64,000 nt of DNA from a virus, in the IMG/VR virus record IMGVR_UViG_3300048011_000525, positions 32,001-96,000 of that record. One strand, written 5' to 3'. Every line of letters begins with the position of its first letter. The first letter of the stretch is position 1. This document shows positions 58,501-64,000 of the stretch, in pieces. A program made the translations under genes and the position numbers. The notes beneath the pieces were generated by a model. The model saw only the letters and a list, made by a program, of their open reading frames with translations, had not been told where the DNA came from and did no database searches.

Positions 58501-58603
58501 ATTTACCACCAAAGCTCACTACATCATCTGCAACATATGTTGCGGCTGATGACCATTCGCCCTGCCATACAAACCTAATTCGTCCTAGTTTAAACTCTGC
58601 CAT
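46538..58603 (-). CDS. Giant (4021 aa) virion structural/fibre protein: 7 CBM-like N-terminal repeats, split beta-helix, 12 CxRD helical repeats, propeller-like repeats, shared C-terminal domain
   Basis: Uninterrupted 12-kb ORF; TAAATA at 58631-58636 and GGAG SD; repeats read directly from the translation. Confidence 0.85.
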   Translation of the reverse strand: MAEFKLGRIRFVWQGEWSSAATYVADDVVSFGGKSYICIKNHTSSEAFNTDFSNEIPKWEVVSDGTKWRGLWEPEVEYAPGDVVKYGSLVYIAETGHTSATFEAPDFLGLEENLDNWTPFATSFDWKGDWTTDTRFKINDLVRYGGFVYLCTTAHISAATATLGLEANQGNWELFSDGLVYLGEWQTATRYKVNDVVKFGGNVFICVAPHTSDDFLTDETNWDVFIEGFQFEDSWNSSTVYQIGDTVTYGGYVYVAKTNNTAAQPTASPNDWEVFTTGFSFQGDWSSLDSYKVGDVVRLGGTTYVSVADSTDVTPPNDIYWSKLNSGINWTNSTQTFLQVQGTNVEGSGSGVRFDVTKSKTVYTVNVSTGFAGTGYAEDDTILVAGNSVGGTTPANDIVVTVTGVTGGAVDTVSHVGYSSTWTPATDYVVGDVVIYGASSFIATATHTSENANRPDNDLEADYWNLLTLGSEALALTTEGDMVYYGNQGPTRLPIGVDGQILRATDGKPDWANYGLVDNVVYVGPLGENEPAPRSGLSIDKPWRSVRYALEQVRDGYLNPQTKQILQNNKQFFKKEITSWLDYTYSVIVTETVAASRLFTTYDTSNLKDGMPIEFDGVDIFGGVVEGQTYYVDSIISSTTFRISETQGGISFIPTDATGVMTGKLSYNSAKCERDTGYIIDALYYDIGRGGTLRTTEAAKSYYTEAGNEYITDVFGYQRTQTIEAYEQLKSLVAKVLNNEKPVSYQSLMGIAIEERAAQFIDLTLVAEDSGKAKAGTLIDIVTVGLEAESNTAIALPQLPNTTIFIKTGTYNEILPIIIPEYTAIVGDELRTSVIQPQPAIPLLANDKDKTTSALNRIKDVSEQVIQNITIDATSGNTASQRYLNGYGGATESTQRLDMSIVKTLDILENGIEDVALVPDVGVTPTSGSNNASDSGFANAIAQIEANIDFIVAEQTAWIQAQVDGVIAPFAADFTFDTANCERDTRYILNALRYDLTYGGNFQTTVAARSYFVDGNPVYGTGKKEETLATYTHLKSIIGDVITETAITPTSGNGEAQDTAGSPGSAAAETFADDRIQEIFDTIDTDGTLPTPITPDTSWVSTSLVSITDDITTEKTTLQNSVIDFINTNYGKFVYNSSSCRRDAGILQTGAAYDVALETNYNSIRNGLAYRRSYAGEKVLEEQITETLGAITEQKSLVAALMSDPTAITRSNTYWDEVLDIVENNTPNAITWSGGSGDVDKTTARTELQTNRATIITDVITWINTNYPNFTYDQTLCERDTGYIIDAVSYDVQYGGNSASVEAAKAYFNGYIEVLPGAQRERTAAAIEQIAVIAATYMSGATEEAEVATLVQIISDVVNAGDTIALPTTVYPVITWVTAAIQTDAEATLDDTTVVPDLLQYITNNYTGFVYNHTKCSRDTGYIIDGLVYDMLFDSKFNGTKSGMAYRRAISSAEVVIDEQLEATLGAVDHLRREIRDITSGTDKLVSNSTTIKDIVVNNNVPGSYTITDPTGYDTGFFNARRLVVANKQFILDEAAAYLNTNHNAVWTALTLDEQNTWLDGIDELVDALRYDLTYRGNIESVVIARANYVDGVLVHPSNQKTARVDLATHLATIIDDIATGVSITPSAGNITSQDTAGTVGSAGAAAFAVDRLTEIKDTVDTGVLPAIINPSIAWVDTGLQEFKAVVDARRSLIQAGAIDYINKVHPALDYDETKCARDVGYMIDAIAYDVIFDSNFRSITAGKSYQRGITSTELVLANQLGATVDTIDYINESLTELTIGVDTTIGQANAANEAFKLVKDMTTVIQNGLNSVPPIKLPTPTGYNTDALIDTAYATTTNTTGDSSTYGNAADQLLANRDFIADELQQWLVDPANGYDDIWGGLSPNAQERCIRDAQFIVDAIRYDLTYGGNTQTNVAGAAYFSNFVLTIQNNELQATLASYARLREIIGEIVAETSVTTSPGVTETQDTSGTVGNAASIEFAQERVDDITYWLNNSTFETQTEVATEWQLTELTTAYERIKDRKDEIVDDVVFWVEKYHQDLEYNQATCRRDAGLIVDALARDIITGSNFATIKAGMAYYRAVPSALKTLRFEQSATVGAMNFLAEKVRRVALTAPNEAIKQLITDITSYIDGGSLPTPKWVDTNLEDTPDIVGASTIWENTAYIQEETVEYIAQTYPDLDYNEAKCRRDIKYVIDALRYDLTFGGESGMRRAVDYYYDATNNIQLGDNELEATLAAFDYIKFIAMGLAVNSVSSPGALQTKVEPTLRDESQLIGDSGTVTRVEDLMTLFYNSLGDGAFRKRIEVIEISSNVVTTAVNHGLTVGSELYFENGFSDVSAGTYYIKSVPAVNTFTVSAYFNGPELTLPESELGSFTEEWQFIPGPDYSNVTANLKQQFTNIQGSKSAIVEDVTDYIREKFPTLVYDQAKCERDVGLIIDAVGKDMLLDTNYLTTIAALSYYRGTQADVVIKEQRLVTVQAYRELKNYITTYVTGEGTTNAYGGRNDNTKAKVRINNLMDIVINVVKNGDKVTPEFQGTTTYFNDRETINAVDALKVNKDFLGEEATAWIKASYGGTVTDLGGSPGTLTFTSAHNLQLNDPIVFTGTVFGGIELATTYYVSNVVSATEIEVTDEVDGESINTFTGGTGTMTASYDFDETACKRDMSSYIDAMIYDLQYPGNYHSLRAARLYVNAVEGSEYSDMFYVRNATGARNMTFNGLRGNLSEKNEFGTRRPTGGAYVSLDPGFGPWDTEAWVTNKSCYVQNVSTFGTGCIGNKIDGSLHAGGNRSVVSNDFTQILSDGIGVWCSGNNSLTELVSVFAYYNYAGYIADFGGRIRATNGNSSYGTFGVIAEGTDLGEEPIVADADNLSQNALVYSVSTDGEEEVLAMEYSNAGTGYTNVQYAISGSGFNAATVGDEFRDQAVVEARIIDVDDGTTVGGEDFVIAQNVAQGGDPVHITLAATDFALGDAYNGMRVQITAGTGVGQYGKVLNFNNGTKNCTVYKPSFDNLFVTATSSINNVITVDDTTTLYVDMPIYFSEDVGGLSRGDSPSDVYYVNNIVSGGQFTVSTEVGGVTEVLTNDTTSATIYAAGFDNIIPGKPSEASLDLTTGYTVEPAIVYAKPGFTSSSVSTADAIDFGPGIFADGRFIALEGGAGASTNYSLDGENWTTGGALPASANWSDVAYGGGQGATARAVVGGLGGTGAVLEAELGELNSIGLPGPTQIARVNVVAGGTGYTTPPTIVFTSTLGGGGATAVATVKDGAIQNIIITSTGAGYAQAPTVAAATDKLTEVIVETRGSGYLNTPTVTISGGGASTQAQVIANLENEGVIAIRLDVDVDDNPLFGEGYTTTPTVEIVDTEAKWVAVANGSTTNAYLPTIDEANTNWTAGDVFSQSHYVGIAYGAGTFVTVGSVGGVDAAQTSTNGSNWTPRTMTTPASGTFSAVRYGAGKFVAINTDGYTAVSSNGILWEAGGNMPSAIGDWTSLAWGNGRFVAISDAGEYAISYDFGANWYSEGTTLNNISATGWTRVAYGQGLFVAVCDGASSCAISSDGLIWNEGDLSGTASWSTPIFGNPNNVPTWVALTSDANTTANKIKTGARAHGRCYADDGTLIATTLLEPGSGYPVGDIVSFTSPHTIELDSTDNMYVGQPITFEGADLETAALNSEILYYVSDVTGSTIEVSLLSGGPSYNIESIVTQDMVGSTFQAGPLVTITDPSSTVDANINPRIRNGVLGQPTFTNRGSGYTSATSELGGDGSADLYQPSTFIAVRNLFELPEPGSNVEFANIPEKYYKLVTISNVIGQEGSYTATFQISPGLDVLNAPKDGTVITTTNKYSQVRLTGHDFLYIGTGNKAKTNYPFVDITSAYIEAQQLSSGGGRVFYTSTDQDGNFNVGGLFGVQQSTGTATLDADAFNLAGLQSLQINGLGLGIGSAIITQFSTDPFFTENSDNIVPTQRAIRSYITAQIGGGQSSLNVNTLTAGTVFIAGDEITTTSGGQLNIKAKMNFTGGVDGAPVALGYFLSR
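50540..56900 (-). repeat. Protein-level array of 12 helical C-x-R-D repeats (approximate bounds)
   Basis: Cys codons at about 56589, 55662, 55185, 54774, 54357, 53457, 52932, 52458, 52044, 51321 and 50631, plus a Cys-less copy near 53930. Confidence 0.85.
57200..58570 (-). repeat. Seven W-x5-Y-x3-DVV-x2-GG-x2-Y repeats (CBM5/12-like)
   Basis: For example WSSAATYVADDVVSFGGKSY and WQTATRYKVNDVVKFGGNVF. Confidence 0.75.
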
Positions 58604-58638
58604 TTTTGTTATAACTCCGTCTTGTTCATGTATTTATC

Positions 58639-61600
58639 TTATTGTTGTCCGCCGCGTGTAGGATCGACAAGCGTCTTAAAGAAATATGCCATTGCTAATC
58701 CATCTCCGGCCCATCCACTGTTACCAAATGGTCCATCAAAATTAGTAAGTGTTGGCATTTTAACTTGCCATCCTTCTCCGCCTTCTTGTACTGAAGATGT
58801 AATAATATCAGGTCCACCTACTTTAACAGTACCTGCTTGTAGCAAGCCTGTAAACGTATCTGCACCACCTTGTGACAATCTACTTGCCAAATATGTTCTA
58901 ATTGCTCTCTGTGTTGGAATCAAGTTGTTCGAGTTAGCAACGAACGTTCCGTCTGTTGAGAAAGCATTAATTGTTACCGGTGATCCGCCAAGTGCAACAC
59001 CGCCAATTGCTAGTTCTGTTAGCCCGTCTAGTCCAAATTCATCTGCACTCAATGTAACAATACCAGTTGCCTGTTCAACAGCAAACAAGTCACCAACTCT
59101 AAAGTTACCGTCTTGGTCTGTACTTGAATAGAACACACGCCCGTTGTTTGTTTCTTGAATTTCGTCTTGCGGTTCTAAGTTTGTATTTTCAGGTAAGTCG
59201 GGATAGTTAGACTGCTGTTCGTTACCAAAACCAATATTTAGGAAGTCATGGTTTGTTAGACGTACTTGGCTAAATTTACTACGAATAGTAAATGGTGTAT
59301 TGTGTGCCGGAGAGTCTGCTTGATCAACTTGCGGACTTAATTGAATTACTGCTTCTAAGTTTGGTATAGATGTGCCTCTTAGCGCAGTTGCAGTTGCAAC
59401 ACGGTATATTTCAGAATTACCTTCAAATTGTAAGTTGTCACCTGGTGCCGGAAAGCGTGTAATATCTTTTGCAATTATTCTTAGACCTTCTTGAAACTGA
59501 TCTGAAAATCCGCTGCCTCGTAGTGCAATACCAGTAGATGTTGTGTTATACCCACTACCAAAATCTACAAAGCTAGGTGCACCTAGTGTACCGTTGCCTA
59601 TACGTAAATCTGTAACTGCTTCTTCTGAGTTGTTAGGATCAATAATTTTAATTGTTGGACCAAAGCTGTCATCAGTATAACCTGATCCAGGTTCAAACAT
59701 ATTAATATCTGTTAGTGACTGACTTGTTACGCTTGCAAATGCTTGTGCCCTAGCACCTGCTGAAATTTTATTTGCTATCTGTCCTGTGCTATCCATTGTT
59801 AAGAACCAGCCCTGTTTAGTGTCTGCATTGAACGTGAATCCAATTACACTATACAAAGACTGGTTAATTATAGGCTGTACATCCCACTGTAAACCGTCAA
59901 AGGATGTGCAACAAATTCCAGACTCGTTGTTAATAACAACAAATACGCCTTGTCCGTATTCTAATACAGTTCCTTTTACATTTGTAGTTGACTCATACCA
60001 AGTTACACCGTCGAAACTGTATGCTGCTGTCCTGTCGTCTGTCGAGACTGCAACAAAACGTCCGTTACCGTACTTAATCGAGCGCCAGTTGTTAACTGTA
60101 GAATCTTGTGCAGTATCTAAGCTGCCCACTGTCCAGTTATCAAGCGCATCGCCAGGGCCGTTTGATAACACTTCGTGGCTTGATCCGTTAATGATAACAA
60201 AAGTACCTTTACCGTATGCAATATCAACTTGATCGTTATCTGATACAATAGAGTTAAAAGATGTAATACTAGTCCAAGTTGCACAATTGTCTGTAGAATA
60301 GTAAGCTTCTCCGGCGCCCCTTGTGATTGCTATAAATATGCCGTTGCCGTATTGTACTTTTTGATAAGTTCCTTGCGACAATGTTGGCAAATCAACACTT
60401 AGCCAAGTTAATCCATTTGATACTGAATATAAACAATTTTTTCCAGTCTCTGAAAGTATAAACCAGCATCCGTTACCGTATGTTCCGTCTATCCAACCAT
60501 TGTTTTCATTCGGATTGTCAACATCAATTGCTTGACCATATTGAGGAAGTGTAATTTTAGTATCCCATGCTGTATAGTCACTAGTTGTATACACTTCATT
60601 TCCATATCTTGGAATAACTATCGGAAAAAATCCATTTGAAATTATAGTTTGCGGAACTAAGTCTTCATTTACAAATCCTGTCATCCCTTCTTGATAAAAT
60701 GGAGGTGTGTCAAATTCTATTCTTGGTGAAACTTCATAAACTGATGTTGAGTCAAATGCACTAGTTGGTGGCGTCCCAGGATTAATATGATCCCATCCTA
60801 CTGCATTAATTTGCATTGACCCTGTTTCATCATCTAATGCAAATTCAACAACGCCGCCGTCAGTGTCTGTTAGTGTTAACTCAAAAGTTGAACCAAGATC
60901 GGTTGCTTGGAGTACATAGTAATTTGTACCTGATTGCACGCCGCCAAATATTTCAGTAAAGAAGGAAGCCTCCATTAAATCTCGTCCTGCTTCAAGTTCT
61001 TCTTTTCCGCCTGGCAAAGTACCTACAACTGAACCATTTTCAGTTGTAAGAATAACTTCGTCTAGTACTGTTCTTACAATTACTTCACCTGTTGCTGTAG
61101 TTAGCGGTACTGCTGCGCCGCCTTCTGTAGCGGAAATTGTAAACGAGGTAGCATCGTTAATAACTTGAATAAAATAAACTGTATCGTTTGCAATTTCGCC
61201 AAACGTAATACCAGTAAACATAATCGGACTGCCAACAGTAAATCCAGCAGTACTATCAACTGTAATTAGGTTTGTAATTGCTTCAGTAGCAGTCGAAGTT
61301 CTTGTAATTACATCACTTGCTATACTAAACTTAGTACCGTCAATGATGTCGTTAACATAATATCTTGTTTTTTCTTGTATGCCACCAAGTGTGCCTGACT
61401 TAAAAATAATTGCATCAAGTGGTGTTAGTACAGAAGTATCTGAAGTTAGTAAAGAATTGTCTGATGCACTAGTGTCTGTCACTGTTATATTTCGAAGTGC
61501 TGTTGAAACTGAGAATTTATTATTTTCATAAACATCGTGAATGTAATAAGTATCGCCTAATTCAATTCCTCCAATACTTCTGCCAGTAAATTGAATTGGC

Positions 61601-64000
61601 AGTGTAACTTGCATATTATCAGTTGAACTTGCTTCTAAGAAACTAGTACCGTCTGGATAGTTTAGTGTAAACTGTTCAAACCCTTGGAATTCGTCAACTG
61701 CATCTTCAACGTTAACATTAATTAATGGCCATACAGCGCCACCAAATACTGTTGAAATTTGTATGCTAGTATCGTCAATTACATCGATAATATAATAATC
61801 AAAGTTAGTAATAACTCCACCGAAAACCGGGCCACTAAAGTTAATTTTTTGTCCTACACGAAGTCTTTCAGTACTTTCAACAATCATGCGATTGTTTTGA
61901 TCACCAAGAGTACCAACAACTGCTACTTGACTTTGTGAACTTGATAGAACATCAATATCGTAAACTGTTGGAGTAAATGTAATAACTTGATTTTGATAAA
62001 GTCTATGAAAATCTGCTCCGGATCCTAATGTTAATACATTATCAACAGCCCTAGCTGCAACAACTTCTTGTTGCCCAAATGATTCTTTGGTTATATTAGC
62101 AAATTTAGTTATTGGATCATAGCTAGAAATAATACCGTATTGTCCAGCGCCTTTACCGGACGATACGCTTAAACGCATACCTTCGTATTCTGCTGCTGTT
62201 GAAACTTCTGACTGCGCTAGTACTAGATATTCGGTGTTTCCGCCCTGTGCATTGTTTGATTGAAAGTTATAACCTAAGCCGCCTTTTCTAATAATATTAC
62301 TTTCTAACAATCTAGTTTGATATATAGATCCAGAACGTAACTCATCTGCAACTATTCTTGCATCTTGACCAGCACCTTGTACATTTATATTTGCATAAGA
62401 TGTAGGCATATCGGCAAATGTTTCTAAGAAGAAATTCATAGTGTCACCAATTTCAATCTGTGTTCCGTAAAAGTTAGTATATCCTGTAATACCGTCGACG
62501 CCTCGAGGATACAATCTAAATTGTAAATTTGTATTTTGTGCAGTTTCGTCATATACTGTATACTGTATTCTCCACCAACCATCTGATAGGAAATTAGCTT
62601 TGATATTAGTTGGAGTTGTTTCGCTGTCAGTTAACACTTGAGTCGATACATCCTGTGATTCAAAGTTAAATCTTACATAGGAAGTCCTAGTTTCAAACCC
62701 ACTAAAAATATTATAAAAATCTACATAGTTTGTGTCACCTTGTTTTACGTGTACACTAACTGTATACGGTAATGCACTTCCAGTTGGCACTGTTCCTACA
62801 CTATCAAATGACTGAATTGCTGTAATACTCAATTCTTGTACTGTAATTACAATATCATTTACGTCATCTCTGCCGCCAAAGTTTGTACCTGCAAGAGTAA
62901 TCTGGTTACCAACAACGTAGCCGCTGCCACTGTTGTTTAATGTAACTTCATAAAACTCACTAGTTACTGTAACATCAAATGTTGCGTCTATACCAGAACC
63001 TGAAATGTTTGTACCTGCAATATTAGTATATGTTCTACCTTGCGGAGATATAGTAACATCTTGATAAACGTATGCGCTATCTGACAGTGAAGTGTTTGCT
63101 GTTATTTTCCAGGCAAATTCACCATCGTACGGTGTTGTGTTTGCTCTAACAATTGAAATATTACCGTCTGTTTGCCAATATTCGTCTGGTAAATTATTAC
63201 TTAATAAGCTATTTGAATGTTTTAATAAATTAGTTGTAGAAGTAAAATAATCTTCGCCAGCGTGTTTATATTCTAATTTTAGTACTTCTGAGTTAGCACC
63301 TAGTGCAGATACTGGCAGTGCAATAGCATCGTTGTCTCTGTTGTTAACTGTGCCTGTTGCAGGTACTTCTGCAACGTCAAATCCTTCAGCAACACAACCA
63401 AATGTACCATATGAACTGTTACCGTTTGTAGCACGAATACGTCCACCGTCTTCCGCAAAATATCCTGCATAGTTATAGTATGAAAACACAGAAACACACT
63501 CTGTTAATGAGTCGCCACCTGTACACCAAATTCCAATACCGTCTGATATAATTTGTGTAAAGTCATTTGAAACCATTGAGCGGTTGCCACCGTTATGTAG
63601 CGTACTATCAATTTTACATCCAGTACATCCTTTGCCAAAGTTAGTAACATTTTGGATATAAGGAGAACGTGCTGTAATCCATACACTAGTATCATCCGGT
63701 CCGGTGCCTGGATCAAAACCTACATATGCGCCGCCAGTTGGTCGTCTTGTTAAAAATTCGTTTTCTACAGACAATGTTCCTAATAATCCTTTAAGTGTCA
63801 TATTACGGACACCGCAGTCATTAGTTACTTGAATCATATCTCCAAGTGCTTCGCCGCCATATACATACATTGCTCCAATGTTAGTTGTTATTTCGACTTG
63901 ATCACCGTCGGGTTCTTCTGACACACTAAATCTGTCAGATTCAATTGAACTACCAATTACATAATAAGTTTTACCAGGAATTACATCGCCAATAACTGTA
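58639..64000 (-). CDS. Second giant virion protein, paralogue of the 4021-aa protein; N-terminus lies beyond the window
   Basis: Frame stays open to the window end (TVIGDVIPGKTYYVIG before the GTG used by the ORF track); shares RRPTGGAYV, GGNRS.VSNDFTQI, SQVRLT.HDFL.IG and PTQRAIR.Y. Confidence 0.85.
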   Translation of the reverse strand, partial: TVIGDVIPGKTYYVIGSSIESDRFSVSEEPDGDQVEITTNIGAMYVYGGEALGDMIQVTNDCGVRNMTLKGLLGTLSVENEFLTRRPTGGAYVGFDPGTGPDDTSVWITARSPYIQNVTNFGKGCTGCKIDSTLHNGGNRSMVSNDFTQIISDGIGIWCTGGDSLTECVSVFSYYNYAGYFAEDGGRIRATNGNSSYGTFGCVAEGFDVAEVPATGTVNNRDNDAIALPVSALGANSEVLKLEYKHAGEDYFTSTTNLLKHSNSLLSNNLPDEYWQTDGNISIVRANTTPYDGEFAWKITANTSLSDSAYVYQDVTISPQGRTYTNIAGTNISGSGIDATFDVTVTSEFYEVTLNNSGSGYVVGNQITLAGTNFGGRDDVNDIVITVQELSITAIQSFDSVGTVPTGSALPYTVSVHVKQGDTNYVDFYNIFSGFETRTSYVRFNFESQDVSTQVLTDSETTPTNIKANFLSDGWWRIQYTVYDETAQNTNLQFRLYPRGVDGITGYTNFYGTQIEIGDTMNFFLETFADMPTSYANINVQGAGQDARIVADELRSGSIYQTRLLESNIIRKGGLGYNFQSNNAQGGNTEYLVLAQSEVSTAAEYEGMRLSVSSGKGAGQYGIISSYDPITKFANITKESFGQQEVVAARAVDNVLTLGSGADFHRLYQNQVITFTPTVYDIDVLSSSQSQVAVVGTLGDQNNRMIVESTERLRVGQKINFSGPVFGGVITNFDYYIIDVIDDTSIQISTVFGGAVWPLINVNVEDAVDEFQGFEQFTLNYPDGTSFLEASSTDNMQVTLPIQFTGRSIGGIELGDTYYIHDVYENNKFSVSTALRNITVTDTSASDNSLLTSDTSVLTPLDAIIFKSGTLGGIQEKTRYYVNDIIDGTKFSIASDVITRTSTATEAITNLITVDSTAGFTVGSPIMFTGITFGEIANDTVYFIQVINDATSFTISATEGGAAVPLTTATGEVIVRTVLDEVILTTENGSVVGTLPGGKEELEAGRDLMEASFFTEIFGGVQSGTNYYVLQATDLGSTFELTLTDTDGGVVEFALDDETGSMQINAVGWDHINPGTPPTSAFDSTSVYEVSPRIEFDTPPFYQEGMTGFVNEDLVPQTIISNGFFPIVIPRYGNEVYTTSDYTAWDTKITLPQYGQAIDVDNPNENNGWIDGTYGNGCWFILSETGKNCLYSVSNGLTWLSVDLPTLSQGTYQKVQYGNGIFIAITRGAGEAYYSTDNCATWTSITSFNSIVSDNDQVDIAYGKGTFVIINGSSHEVLSNGPGDALDNWTVGSLDTAQDSTVNNWRSIKYGNGRFVAVSTDDRTAAYSFDGVTWYESTTNVKGTVLEYGQGVFVVINNESGICCTSFDGLQWDVQPIINQSLYSVIGFTFNADTKQGWFLTMDSTGQIANKISAGARAQAFASVTSQSLTDINMFEPGSGYTDDSFGPTIKIIDPNNSEEAVTDLRIGNGTLGAPSFVDFGSGYNTTSTGIALRGSGFSDQFQEGLRIIAKDITRFPAPGDNLQFEGNSEIYRVATATALRGTSIPNLEAVIQLSPQVDQADSPAHNTPFTIRSKFSQVRLTNHDFLNIGFGNEQQSNYPDLPENTNLEPQDEIQETNNGRVFYSSTDQDGNFRVGDLFAVEQATGIVTLSADEFGLDGLTELAIGGVALGGSPVTINAFSTDGTFVANSNNLIPTQRAIRTYLASRLSQGGADTFTGLLQAGTVKVGGPDIITSSVQEGGEGWQVKMPTLTNFDGPFGNSGWAGDGLAMAYFFKTLVDPTRGGQQ

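Noticed and set aside
14139-63716. Many short antisense or alternative-frame ORFs inside gp17, gp18, the fibre and the giant genes (e.g. 14625-15200, 22490-23095, 58622-59131)
   Set aside because: Expected from codon bias on the coding strand; they lie within well-supported genes and show no motifs.
63900-63924. ORF-track start of the 1761-aa protein
   Set aside because: It is an internal GTG; the frame stays open to the window edge.
1-64000. tRNA, rRNA, CRISPR array, intron/intein or stop-codon recoding
   Set aside because: Intergenic gaps are short and show no such structures by eye; core genes are uninterrupted and full length in the standard code. tRNAscan and Infernal were not run.

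Overview
64 kb of an AT-rich, large T4-related myovirus genome, probably aquatic; the host cannot be determined from this window. It contains: (i) a glycan-synthesis island at 1.2-8.9 kb; (ii) uvsY/uvsX/gp32; (iii) a rearranged morphogenesis block (gp17, gp16, gp4, tube-like protein, gp19, gp18, gp13 divergent from gp14/gp15); (iv) two convergent operons at 29.6-40.9 kb, each headed by a consensus or near-consensus sigma70 promoter, encoding an ADP-heptose pathway (HldE, HldD, GmhB, and a cupin but no GmhA), a GT9-like transferase, a carbamoyltransferase, seven 2OG-Fe(II) oxygenases, an SGNH-like protein and a parvulin; (v) a fibre module with a chaperone, three Cys-rich paralogues, a fibre protein and two giant paralogous virion proteins. 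The most striking signal is in the 4021-aa protein: 12 helical repeats of about 140-175 aa (11 with an intact C-x-R-D, mostly alternating A/B types) that resemble the bilin-binding core of phycobiliproteins, which suggests a bilin-decorated virion appendage. A TAAATA late-promoter motif recurs about 16 times, often 4-5 nt before the ATG, implying leaderless mRNAs. No tRNA, rRNA, CRISPR array or IS element was recognised. All family assignments come from motif recognition by eye, not from database searches.
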